A stretch of DNA of 64,000 nt from positions 80,600,001 to 80,664,000 of the forward strand of contig NC_043001.1 in the NCBI RefSeq assembly GCF_006345805.1, written 5' to 3'. Of the stretch, positions 50,917 through 64,000 are shown piece after piece (positions within the stretch are counted from its first letter, which is position 1; every line of letters starts with the position of its first letter). The translations under genes and the position numbers were made by a program. The notes under the pieces were generated by a model. That model did not search any database. It saw nothing but the letters and a program-made list of their open reading frames with translations, and was not told the DNA's origin. This stretch comes from Octopus sinensis. Lineage: Eukaryota.

Positions 50917-53900
50917 TGACAGATCCCGTCTTTTTCCCTTTCTTTTCGTTTCCTTCTCCGTATTTTATTCTCATTATTTCGAACTAATACAGACACAGTG
51001 AGCCTTGAAGAAAGGAAGAGGAGGAAAAAAAAATGTTCAGAGATAAAACTATCAACAAAAAAAATACAGACGAATATAGATCTGCTAGTCTTAAGAAGCG
51101 GCGCTATGAGCAATGCTTACATGTAGTGAACCCTAAACTGACAGATCCATCTCCTAATATAAGAATGGATGCTCGTCATGCTTCAAGGTCAACAAATCAA
51201 ACAATAAACCGCATTGGTCATTGCGCGGATTACAAAAGACCACGTACCCGAAAATTGAACCAAATTCTGATTGAAAAATCAGCTACTGGATCAAATCTTC
51301 CCAACACACAGGAGCTGGACGTACCCCACAACCGGAATATTCCAACAGATGGCCATCCATGCTCATCACCAAATAATCAAAAGAAAAAGAAGGAGAAATG
51401 GTCTAGGGAAGATAATAAAGAAGTTCTTGAGGCCTTCTACCATGCCATATATTTCCCCACAGATAAGTCTAGCACTGTACAAGCATACTTAAACTGGAGA
51501 CAGAAACACTCTGAAGTAAGACCCGACATAAACAGTAACAAACTTGCCAACGTCAGAAGAAACATTATAAAAAAAAAATTACTGACTGAAGTAGAGATTG
51601 ATCAGGTTAGACAAGCAATATCGGATAAAATGAACGAAGCTGCAGCTAGAGAAGATAATACAGAGGAAATAATTATAGACCAGCCCAGGGCTGATAAAAA
51701 CGAAGAGAGGATTGAAAGAGTCAGTATAAGTGATAGGCAAAGTGAAATACTCCCTAAACCAATCATAAACACTAAGACAGATGAGCATCAAATAGATAAA
51801 GAAAGTCACACAAATATTGACCCAACAGAACTACATGAGCTAAAAAATCAAATCATGATTGAATGGCTGAAAATTAAAGAAACCAGCATGGATGAACGTG
51901 ATACACTTCCTAAATCCGCAACTCTAACCAAAACATGAAAATAATTGGTAAAATCCGGCTTGCACTTAAGGATATAATTTCAGCTAATGATGTTGATATC
52001 ACAAACCTCAACCACCTATACTATGCATCCGCGAAAATCTCAACGATCCTATGTGGTGTAAAGATTAGAAAACGGCAACATTCCCACAAAAAGCCTTCTT
52101 GGCAAGAGCGTCTGCAACAACAAATTAAAATATTTAGATCTGACATTGAATATTTGAAAAACCTTAAGGCTCACAAGACTACCAAAAACCCAAAAATTAC
52201 TGAAAAAATACAATATGAAAACTATACTTGATATTGATGCCACCATAGAAACCATCAAACAAAAGGTATCTGCCAAAGCTGCCCGCATAGCGAGGTATGA
52301 AAAGCGTGTTAGATTTTTCAAGGACAACAACATGTTCAAAAATAACACCAAGAATTTTTACAGGAAGATAGGAAAAACAGCGTTTACTGCAAGGTCTGTA
52401 CCATCGAAAGAAGAAGTGCAGGGATTTTGGAATAAAATCTGGGCAGAAGAAAAAACATACAACGAAAAGGCCCCCTGGATTGACAGAATAACTACAGAAC
52501 TGGACCCCTTAGAAGAGCAAAAGTGGGAGGGTGTCAAGGTAGAAGATATAAGATCTGCTCTCAGGAGGTCAAGCAAATGGAAGTCTCCAGGAAAGGATAA
52601 AATTCCTAACTTCTGGCTGAATGCCTTCCCAGAGAGCCATGAACTGCTAACAGAACTGTACAATGATGTTTTGCAACACCCTAGTAGGATGCCTCCTTGG
52701 CTAGTTAATGGGTTAACATTCCTGCTTCCAAAAAGTGAAGAAACAAATGAACCAAAAAACTATAGACCCATAACCTGCTTAACAACTATGTACAAAACAC
52801 TAACATCTGTCCTGACGGAATATACCTATAGTTTTTTAACAGACAGCAGCATATTCCCTAATGAACAGAAAGGATGTAAACGTGGATCCTACGGCTGTAA
52901 AGACCAACTACTCATCAATAAGATGATCTTAGAAGATTGTCACAAACGACACAAAAACTTATCAATAGCCTGGATAGACTATAAAAAGGCTTTTGATAGC
53001 CTACCACATAGCTGGATTACGAAATGCCTGGAAATGTATAAGATAGCACCTACTCTGCGAAACTTCTTGACTGTAAGTATGAGATCATGGAGAACCACAC
53101 TAACTCTGAACAGTGACAATGAATCCCTAAATGCTGGTGATGTAAAAATTTCGTGTGGCATTTTCCAGGGTGACTCACTGTCACCACTCATGCATTAGCC
53201 ATACCAGTCGTGACTTACAGTTTCAATATTGTTAACTGGTCAATTACTGAAATATGTCAGCTCGACAGAAAAATAAGGAAACTGTTGACAATGCATAGAA
53301 TGCACCACCCTAAGGCAGATACAGAACGACTCTATCTGCCAAGAAAAGAGGGAGGCCGTGGTCTTTTGCAACTGGCAATAACAATGAAGATTGCTACAAT
53401 TGGCCTAGACATCTACCTGAAAAACTCTAAGGACTGGATGTTAAAACTTGTCTCAAAACATGAAAACAAGAAAGCATCATACTCAGTCACAAAACAGGCA
53501 AAGGAATATCTAAGTGAATTCCGAATACAACCAATTTCGGAATTAGAGATAGATATACAAGAAACAATTACAGAAAAAGCTAGGCGCATGAAAACCCGTG
53601 CCAAAACTGCGGCCTTAGATATTCTGAATAATAAATGGCAAGAAAAACCTCTCTATGGCAAATACCCAAAGAGAGCGAATAATGCAGATATCGACAAAGC
53701 CCTGACCCATCAATGGCTAATGGCCTCTGGATTAAAATCTGAAACAGAGGGGTTTATCATAGCAGCTCAAGATCAATGCCTACCAACAAGAAACTACCAG
53801 GCCAACATATTAAAGAACGGCAGTAGCCCAAAATGTCGTGTATGCCGACAACAAAATGAAACCATTGACCATGTTGTCTCCAAATGCAGTCTTCTAGCGC

Positions 53901-54602
53901 CTACAGAGTACCTCAGTAGGCATGATAGAGCTGCACAATATATTCACTGGGTAATTTGCAAAAACCTGGATTTGCCCCATGAAAAAAACTGGTGGGAATA
54001 CAATCCACCTCCTGTGCTTGAAAATGACCACATCTCACTCCTCTGAAGCTTCACCATTCAAACTGACAGGAAGATAGATGCAAATAGGCCAGACATCATA
54101 TTGAAAGACTTCAGACAAAGAACATGCCTCCTCATTGATATGACTGTCCCAATCGATATAAACGTATCAGTCAAGACCTACCAAAAACTGAGCAAATATA
54201 AAGATCTTGAAATAGAAATCAGCAAAATGTGGAACCTGAAGACTAAAACAATACCTGTTGTCATAGGTGCCCTGGGAATGATAGCGAAAGGGACTGATTG
54301 CTACCTAACTCAGATACCAGGAAACCCCAAAATGGCAGAAATTCAAAAGATAGTGCTCATGGGAACTGCTCATATCCTACGCAAAATACTCTCTATGTAA
54401 TCCCAAGGTTTAAAACAAACTTTTTTTTTATTTTATTTTATTTAAAAAAAAATTTTTTTAATGTATTAGACATTCACTAGTACAACACCAAAAAAAAAAA
54501 AAACCAAATATATGGCACAGAACTTCCAACCTGTTGTCTCTTGAGGTCTCTGGGTGAGACTTGGAGCCAACTTGTACAGACATAAAGCAAAAGTCAAACA
54601 TA
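50917..54602 (+). mobile_element. R4/Dong-clade retrotransposon family B, near-full-length copy B2 (5' boundary uncertain, 50750-51160)
   Basis: N-terminal KWSREDN..LANVRR, RT to GDSLSPL, then a deletion junction at 53189/53190, followed by knuckle, RHD and RPD endonuclease. Same 3' end as B1, followed by (TAA)n. Confidence 0.92.
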
Positions 54603-54679
<77 letters not shown>

Positions 54680-54692
54680 TGATGATGATGAT

Positions 54693-54902
54693 CCACGGAT
54701 GGAATTTATAAATATTTTAATGCATCATTACGCGCCATATCGCCCGAAGAAATGATTGCATGAATATGATCCACCCGATGTCCATGGATACTACGGACAG
54801 TCCTGTAACCATTCCAGGAGTACTAACTATGATCTCAAGAAACATCCGATTTGTGGAACTCGCGTAGCGAGGCATTAAAATATTTATAAATTCCCTTCAT
54901 GG
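54693..54902. mobile_element. ~210-bp MITE with ~42-bp imperfect terminal inverted repeats
   Basis: CCACGGATGGAATTTATAAATATTTTAATGCATCATTACGCG on the left, versus the reverse complement of the right end, CCATGAAGGGAATTTATAAATATTTTAATGCCTCGCTACGCG. Confidence 0.8.
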
Positions 54903-54919
54903 AATATTATTAGTATTAC

Positions 54920-54951
<32 letters not shown>

Positions 54952-55030
54952 ATATATATATTGTTATATATAACTCTACATACTTACATATACATAAACA
55001 CACGAGCGTACACACACACATATATATATA

Positions 55031-55079
<49 letters not shown>

Positions 55080-55575
55080 TATAATATATATACATATATA
55101 CATACACACACATATATACACATACATACACACACATATATACACATACATACATACATATACATACATACATACACACACACACATACACATACACATA
55201 CATACACATATATATACATATATATATATACATATATATATCTATATATACATTACACACATATATATATATATATACACATACACATCCACATACACAC
55301 ATACATATACACATATATATATGTGTGTATATATACATACATATATACACATATATATACACACAAGCACATACATGCATAAATGTATACATATGTTTAT
55401 ACAAATGCATACACATACACACACTCACGCGCCTCCTTTTATACATAAATACATACATGCATACAAACGCATACTCATGTAATAAATAATGAATAATAAA
55501 TAATAGATATATATACACATGCAGTTACCCTTCGTACAGACGGAAACATACATATAAGCATACACGTATATACCC

Positions 55576-55610
<35 letters not shown>

Positions 55611-55627
55611 ATATAATATATATATAT

Positions 55628-55660
<33 letters not shown>

Positions 55661-55670
55661 ATATAAAGTA
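54920..55670. repeat. (TA)n/(TACA)n/(CA)n compound microsatellite
   Basis: Read directly from the sequence. Confidence 0.95.
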
Positions 55671-56687
55671 TATACAATCTAAAACACCACTATTTTTAAT
55701 ATCTTATACGATTAATATTCGTTTTGTATAGTCATAATAGCCAAATTTGCTTTTGTACATTCTCAACTTCATTTGCTTCCATTTCTAATATCTGTATTAT
55801 TTGCCCATAAAACGAAAAATAGCATTTTTGTGGTAGCTGTCACTGATCAAGTATTGATTGTTGATAGACAATAATTAGATTAGGTCACACGTATCATTTC
55901 TTTCGCTTCCACTCAACTCCAGTAACATATCTAGAAGTCTACATTGTATTATCCATTCTTGTTAAGTCATTGGGTGCAAAATATACTAAAGGCAGAAAAT
56001 TCTAAGAGAGCTTGATTTGAAATCACGACGTAAATGTGATTAACTTAATATTACCAAACATTTTATCTAGCACAATATCTGTTTTGGCATTTCAAGGCAC
56101 TGTCACAACTTCGTCACCTCCCTCGTTTTGTCAGAGTCGTTGAAAAATAATATTTACGCGCTAAACTTTACCGCCAAAATCTATAAAGTAGAATGATGAC
56201 CGAAATAAATTTGGCTTCGTATTTCAATGAGTGAAATAGATAACATGTTAAAACATGCGGTTGGGAGTTTATTATTACATCGTTGCCTTGTACATAAACA
56301 CAGACACATATGCACGCGCACACACATACACACACACATATGCACGCATACACACACACACACACACACACACAAATACAGAAAGATAAACGGAAAGACA
56401 GACTGACAAGAAAGCATGTACATGTGTCACCATTTACAGTGACATACAAAAGGTGTCTATAGTACTTAGAGTGAATATGAGAGTACATAGGCCCTCAAAT
56501 AGTGGCTATCTGCCCTCTCCTACTCTCAGTAAACATTCACACTGTGTCAGTGATAACATAACTATATTGCAATAATCTAATTTTAGATGTTGCTCATGTT
56601 ACTGTTAAAGTTGCTGTTGTTGTTGTTGTCGTTGATGATATCATCGTTGTTTCTTATTATTCTTATTTTTATTATTCTCGTTAAAAC

Positions 56688-57530
56688 CGCGAGATGGCAG
56701 AATTGTTAGCACACCGGAAAAAAATGATTAACAGCATTTCTTCCGGCCTTACGTTCTTACTTCAAATTCCGTGGAGGTTAGCTTTACCTTTCATCCCTTC
56801 GGGATCGATAAATATCAATTGAACACTGACCTCAATCTAATCCACTAACCCCCCCCCCCCAATCCTCCAAATTTTCATGCTTTGTACCTTTAGTAGAAAG
56901 GATTATTATTATTAAGGTTGCAAGCTGGCAGAATTGTTTTCGCGTTGGACAAAATGCTTAGCAGTATTTCGCCCGTCGCTACGTTCTGAGTTCAAAATTC
57001 TGCCGAGATCGACTTTTATTTTTTTGAGGTCGATAAATTATGTACCAGTGGAGTACTGGGGTTGATGTAATCGATTTACACCACCACCCCTACACACACA
57101 CAGTATAGTAGAACGGGTTATTACTATTATTATTATAGGTTGTTGATTGGCAGAATTGTTAGAGCACTTTACGTTCTTCCATCACTTTACGTTCTGAGTT
57201 CAAATTCCCCCAAAACTTTTCCACCAAGACTCCCAGAGTGGATAAAAAAAAGTACCAGTTGGGCACTGGGGTTGATACGATCGATTTAATCCCTCCTACA
57301 AACTGAAACTTGCTAGCTTTGTGATAAAAATTTGAAACCATTAAATGCGGTGAGCTGACAAAATCGTTAAGATGCCGGGCAAAATGTTTAGCGGCATTTC
57401 GTCCATCTTTACGTTTTGAGTTCAAATTCTGCCGAAATGTGCATTGCCTTTCATCCTTTTGGAATTGATAAAATAAGTACCAGTCTAGTAATCGGGTTGA
57501 TGTAGTAGATTTGCCCCTCTTCTCAAAAGC
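56688..57530 (+). mobile_element. Four head-to-tail SINE-i copies, mostly with short (TTA)n linkers
   Basis: Copies begin near 56688, 56914, 57136 and 57346. Confidence 0.75.
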
Positions 57531-57552
57531 TGGAAAAGTTTATTTACTAATT

Positions 57553-57680
57553 CTGTTGTGTCTGGGGAGAGTCATTTTCTTTTTGTGCCTTATAATGTAA
57601 CACTCTCACCGGTAAAATTTCCACTTACTTCTTATTTTTATTTTCCTAAAACTTTTGTTGCGTCTTGCTACCTTTTCAAT
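57553..57680. mobile_element. One-armed copy of the 17250-17446 MITE
   Basis: Matches the reverse complement of its right arm and spacer. Confidence 0.8.
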
Positions 57681-57716
57681 TATCTAAATAACTTCACACC
57701 GAATCAGTCTATTAAA

Positions 57717-58250
57717 CCAGTGGTTCTCAATCATTTCTTATCTCTGGACCCCTTTGATTACTATTTTATTCTGAACCCGCCCCACCACAGCCATTCGATG
57801 TTTAAAAACTAGTTTTATAGAAACTTCTTTCAAAATTCATATTTTTCACACTTTAACTTGTTTAGGTTGAACTATGTAAAATGTTAGAGAAACCTAACTA
57901 TTTCTTATTTCTTTACTGCCCACAAGGGGCTAAACACAGAGAGGACAAACAAGGACAGACAAACGGATTAAGTCGATTATATCGCCTTCAGTGTGTAACT
58001 GGTACTTATTTAATCGACCCCGAAAGGATGAAAGGCAAAGTCGACCTCAGCGGAATTTGAACTCAGAGCGTAGCGGCAGACGAAATACCGCTAAGCATTT
58101 CGCCCGGCGTGCTAACGTTTCTGCCAGCTCGCAATCTAACTGTTTCTAATAATATGTACCAATACATACAACTAAAGCAAAATTTTTTCAGGGGCCCTCA
58201 AAATACTATTGTGGATCTCCAGTTTACTATTCTGTTGCGTTTAAATATCT
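57717..58250. mobile_element. Possible hAT-type MITE remnant interrupted by a SINE
   Basis: Starts CAGTGGTTCTCAA, a hAT/Charlie-like terminus. The far end is too degenerate to confirm. Confidence 0.35.
57905..58131 (-). mobile_element. SINE-ii, near-consensus copy
   Basis: Full head and core; the tail ends GTAAAGAAATAAGAAATAG. Confidence 0.85.
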
Positions 58251-59440
58251 CGGAACCGTATTCACTAGTGATGGGAAGTAAGAAACCGAATTGGATGCTA
58301 GAATTGCGGGTGTTGGCACAGCAATTGGCCTGTTTCAGCATTCGGTTTTAGTTACAGATGCTACACTCGCTGTCTTCAGTTCGGTTCATTACACATTAAA
58401 TTTACTTAATTCACACGTTTATACGCGAAAATTATACATAATAATAAGACCTCTTATTGTTCTATTTGTTGGATAATTCGACCTCGTTATGCAGTGACTT
58501 AGAATAGGGGGTGATGATCATGGTGGAAACATATTTGGTCATAGATTTCATAACTTAGGATGAAGCACGGTAACAACACAATTCTAAGATATGATCGAAT
58601 TGCTGTGTCGAAGGCTATAAAGGGACAGCGGGTCAAGGTTTACAATAGATATGTGGTGTGGGCGAATAAGAGAGGTGGGTAGATAGATGGAGAGGAAATA
58701 CGCAGTTTAATCGATACAGATAGACAGATGGAAAGAGGGAGAGAGAGAGAGAGAAAATGAGTGGGAGTGAGAGCAATGTAGCTTAAAAAGGAGAGAGAGA
58801 GACACAGAGAGAAAAGAGAGAGAAAAACATGAAGAAGTTCAAGTGTGAATCTTATCTGTAAGTGGTAGATAAGAAGAATTTAAGGACACCGTTAGAAGAA
58901 AGGAGTAGGAAGAGATGAGAAGAGCAGGAAGAAGAGGAAGAAGGAGAAAGAGAGAGAGGAAGTGAAGGCGGAGGATATTATCAGCAACAACAACAACGAT
59001 AACAGTAAATGTATTTATGTGACATTGAACTAAAAAGTTACTTCATGAGGCTGATTTTATCACCCTCGTACATGCACGCAATATATCGTTACACCACAAA
59101 CACACACACACACATATACACACACACGCACATATATATATAGAAATATATATATATAAGGAAGAAAAAGAAATTAACATATTGTGGGAGTTAGAAGTAT
59201 TTATTCGCAAACTGATTTTCAACTCCATATGATTCGTTGATTGCTAGACCAGAATAGTCGCTTAATTCATCATGTCACGACTCCTGTGTGTGTATATATA
59301 TATTATTATTATATTATTATATTATATTTTACACACACACACATACACACATACATATAGAAATGTATGTATGTATGTATGTATGTATGTATGTATGTAT
59401 GTATGTATTATGTATGTATGTATGTATGTATGTATGTATG

Positions 59441-59526
<86 letters not shown>

Positions 59527-59529
<3 letters not shown>

Positions 59530-60546
59530 CAGCAAAAATAAATATAAATGCAGTGCTAAAAAGTGGAGAAGCATTGTACGAGTTGCGAGTGAGGTCCTCA
59601 AGAAGCACTCTCTGCCTGATGATCTCCTATACGGCCCCAAAACAGCTGGGCTCTCTTACCTCAGAGAAGACCTGAATGGAAAGCACTCAGCATACAAAAT
59701 AAAAAGACTATGCATAGCTATGTTGCCCGGCAGCTTGAAGAAGACAGTACAATTGACACGAAGTGCATCCTCTCTTGGACACAAGACCTCTACATCACAT
59801 CACATATTGAAGGCTATGCGTTTGCAATCCAGGAACAGGAGATTGCCACAAAGTACCTGGTGAACAAGAGTGACAGTGACGCACTTGTAATCCCAAAGAG
59901 CAACCGCATGTGTTGGCTATGTCATGTTCCTGTGGAAGACATCACGCAGCTGTCTTAAAATGTCGTCACGATTCTACCTCCCTATGAGGCACGATGTTGT
60001 TGCTAAAACAATTTATAATTCCATTCGCAAAAAAGGCAGTCCTAAAATAAACTTAGAAAATCCCTCTGCTATGGAATACATTCATAAACACCAACTTAAG
60101 GAATACTAGTAGAATATTTCCATCAAAACTTCTGTCAAATGTAAACATAACAGGCCGGATATTGCTGTTTGAGATAAAAGGGCAAAGGTATGTACAATCA
60201 TAAAGGTCAGCTGCCCTGCAGATATAAATATTTCTTTGAAAATCAAAGTGAAATAGGAGATCTATGGACAACTGCTTCCAAACCTCCAGCTTCTATATCC
60301 AGGCTATGAATTCATATTCATATCAATAATAATTGGAGCACTAGGTTTTGTTAGTAAATGCTTTGAAGAGAATCTGGATAAACTGGGATTTTCAGAAAGA
60401 GAGATCGATCGGCTAATTCGTACACTACAAGTGAGTGAAACAGTAAGAATAAGCAAGACTTTTCTCAAATTCCAAATGTGAATTTGTCTGTCTTAACTAC
60501 ATCTCAAAGATGGAGCCTTGCATCTTTCTTGGAAACACATCTACAT
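59527..60546 (+). mobile_element. 3' portion of a divergent RLE-type non-LTR retrotransposon (family D), decayed
   Basis: TSHIEGYAFAIQEQEIATKYL, CWLC..EDI, YLPMRHDVVAK, HNRPDI, SCPADIN, IIIGALG, ending KTFLKFQM. Preceded by (TA)n and followed by (TG)n. Confidence 0.8.
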
Positions 60547-60809
60547 TGTGTGTGTATGTGTGTGTATGTGAATGTGTGTGTATGTGAATGTGTGTGTATG
60601 TGAATGTGTGTGTGTGCGTGCATGCCCACTTCAGTGAGTGCATAAGAACGCGCACTGGCACAAATATCGATAAAATTCAGGAAACCCATGTGAATGTTAA
60701 GCAAAAAAAAAAATAGTGGACGGGAGGAGTTTCCAAAATGGCCAGATCTCAAAAGGAAAAGAGTACATACATACACGTACAGACACACTCGCACATATAT
60801 ACATACATT

Positions 60810-60851
<42 letters not shown>

Positions 60852-60929
60852 CATACACGCATACATCCTTATATACATACATACATACCTACATACATAC
60901 ATATATATATATATATGAATTCTCCCTAT

Positions 60930-60993
<64 letters not shown>

Positions 60994-61478
60994 ATATATA
61001 TACATACATATGTATGTATATATATATATATACATACTTATACAAAACACACATATACAACACACACACACACATATAGATAAATAGATATATAGATAGA
61101 TTTGATTGTATATATACAATACACAGAATCACGTGTATGTATGTGTAAGTGTGTGTGTGTTTGTATATGTGTGTTTGTGTGTGTGTGTGCGTAAGTGTGT
61201 GTTTGTGCGTTTAAAGCTCTCATAGAATTCTAGAATTCTCTGCCTGTTGTATATTTTGCACTGAATGAACCAACAAGAATGGATAATATAACGCAGAACT
61301 CCAGACATGTTATTGGAGTTGAGTGAATGCAAAAGAAATGTTACGTGTGACCTAGTCATATTACTGTCTATCATCGATCAATACTTGATCAGTGATAGAC
61401 ATGACGCTATCATCGACTGTATAGGTATGCATGTGTATGAGTGTACATACATACATACATGCATAGATATTATTATCA

Positions 61479-61535
<57 letters not shown>

Positions 61536-61552
61536 TATTATTATTATTATTA

Positions 61553-61610
<58 letters not shown>

Positions 61611-61883
61611 TATTACTACTACTATTGCTACTACTACTACTACTACTACTACTATTTTGCATGAAGTTATGTATGTATTTAGGTATGGAGGTAGGCTTCT
61701 TTCGTTTTCTATATTCTTTGAATTTTTAATCTAAGGAAAAGGTCGTGGTGGGGCGGATTCTATCTGGGAAACAAGTCTCCATCTCTGGAATGTTATAAAT
61801 GTATGTAGGTACGCGTAGGCATATACATACATTCATACATACATACATACATACATACATACATACATACATACATACATACA

Positions 61884-61942
<59 letters not shown>

Positions 61943-62627
61943 GCGCGCATTGGCATTCTTATGCATCTGTATGCATGTGGATGGCTGTGAATGAATGTAA
62001 GCATGTATGTACACACTTATGCATATATGCGTGAATGCATGTATGCATGTATGTATGTATGTATGCGCACATATAAAGATTTATATATCGCCTGACGTTC
62101 ACAATTTCGTTTGCCTGTTGGAAGCTCTCATGTAAGGCAACAGAAGGGGAAAAGCATAAACCTCTCAACTTCTACATCTCTCCAAACTGCTACTAAACCA
62201 CCCAACAACTTCCATTAAGTAAGAACTTAACTACCATTCTCATATATAACACAGAGAAATAAAATCCACCAAAGGAATTATGTTAGCCTGCTAGAAATAA
62301 CAACCCATTCTCTTAAGTCATATGATTTATAAAAAGAGAACATATTGGTTAATTAAATGTTACGTAAATTGTATCTGATGAAATACTATAGCTACCGAAG
62401 AGGTGATTTGCACAATTATATAACGTTTCAACGGTTATTATGCAATTATGACGCAATTCGTTGAAATGCAAGTATGTCCTATAAAGCACTGAATACCATG
62501 CTTGTTTTCTAGTAGTGCAATTTCTAAATATCCCGGGACATAGCTGACTAGAAGCTAAAGAACAACAGATCGCCACTGTAAGAGGAATCTGCACAGCTTG
62601 TCGGGAGAATTAATATTAAATTGGTGG

Positions 62628-63070
62628 AAGGTGGTGAACTGACGCAATTGTTAGCACGTCGAGCGTAATGTTTGGTGGTATTTCGTCCGTCTTTACGTTC
62701 TAAGTTCAAATTCCGCCGAGGTCGACTGAGCCTTTCATCCTTTCGGAGTCAATAAACTAAGTACCTGTTGAATACTGGGGTCGATGTCATTAAGTTACCC
62801 CCTCCCCAAAATTGGTGGCCTTGTGCCAAAATTTGAAACCAGTATTAACTTGGTAGAAGGCGGTGAACTGATTGAATCGTTAGCACGCCGGGGAAAATGC
62901 TTAGCGACATTTCGTCCGTCTTTAAGTTCTGAGTTTAAATTGCGCTGAGATCGACTTTGTCTCTTATCTTTTCGGTGTCTATAAAATAAGAACCGGTTCA
63001 ACACTAGTGTCAATGGGATCGACTTATCCCCTTCCCCTAAATTGCTGGCCTTGTAACAAAATTAGAAATT
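62628..63070 (+). mobile_element. Two tandem SINE-i copies with a repeated ~17-bp flank
   Basis: TATTAA(A/C)TTGGT(G/A)G occurs before, between and after the two copies. Confidence 0.8.
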
Positions 63071-63820
63071 AATATTAACTTGGTGGCGAGAGGAGCAGAG
63101 ATGAGTGAGTGTTCAGTGTTGAAGTGACATGAAACCAACAAGACCCGAAGAGATACAATGGCCGATGTCGTCGCAGTAGAAAAGACAGAATAAGGAAGCG
63201 TAATATATTCAAGATAGAGAGTCTAGTGTAATGGTCGGCAATATTATGCTCGTCAATCGAGTGAGATTTCGTTTGTTTGGATGAGAACTTGGATGTATGA
63301 GTGTGTTGCAGCAACCCCGTCTACATTGTAGGAGTTGTATTTCATTTTGGATTCTTTTTCATATTTGCCAGGGGTTGGTGTTTCTGGCGATCTTTGGTTC
63401 TTGCCACGTGATGCTGATGTTTATCAAAAAGTGAAGGACAATGTTTTCTTGAATTGTGTAGTGGTTATTATGACTGTCTTACGGAAAGCGGCAAGATTGT
63501 CACGACGCCATTATGGGATATGTTAACGATTTCTTTTCAAAGAATCAGTGCTGTTGTGGCTTGAGGCGTCTAAAGTGCATGTGGATAAGGCTGTAGCGCA
63601 AACGTTGAAAGAAGAATAAAAGGTTGTACCGTTTGCAGAGAATGAAATGTTGTCGATGGTGGTGGACAAAGAATCATGCACACCTATATGTGTGTGTCTC
63701 TGTATGTGTGCTTGTGCGTGCGTGAGAGTGTGTATGTGTGTGTTAATACACACATATAAACACATGTACCATCATATATACACTTTCTGTCCTCTTTTCG
63801 CATCCCATTAACTCCGTTCT

Positions 63821-63914
<94 letters not shown>
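63821..63914. repeat. (AGAT)n microsatellite
   Basis: Read directly from the sequence. Confidence 0.95.
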
Positions 63915-63915
<1 letters not shown>

Positions 63916-64000
63916 AGAAGCACAAAGATATGTATGTGTATAATATAGGGATAGGTTAGAATTGTTAACATGCTAATGAATCCTGCCATTAAAAACCACA

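Overview
AT-rich eukaryotic DNA made almost entirely of microsatellites and transposon debris. I recognise no host protein-coding exon, rRNA, tRNA gene or CRISPR array, and most ORFs in the track are translations of simple repeats. The tRNA-headed SINE families and the extreme microsatellite density suggest a coleoid cephalopod such as Octopus (inference, not searched). Main content: (1) a ~16 kb cluster at 38.9-54.6 kb of same-strand R4/Dong-clade retrotransposons (RT, CCHC knuckle, restriction-like endonuclease) from two families, joined by (TAA)n tracts and interleaved with a ~560-bp non-coding element that has no tRNA head and looks like a non-autonomous partner; (2) a decayed Penelope-like element at 5.4-7.1 kb ending in a type I hammerhead ribozyme with an intact core, plus decayed hammerhead motifs at 10-12 kb; (3) a Tx1/L1-like 3' fragment whose terminus resembles the tail of one SINE subtype, with both lying in (TTA)n, the opposite polarity to the Dong elements; (4) a maT/DD37D Tc1-mariner relic, RTE fragments, several MITE or foldback elements and a ~2 kb higher-order TAT satellite. 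Single-base indels in low-complexity tracts may be assembly errors, so some frameshifts may not be real. All boundaries were read by eye and are approximate unless stated.
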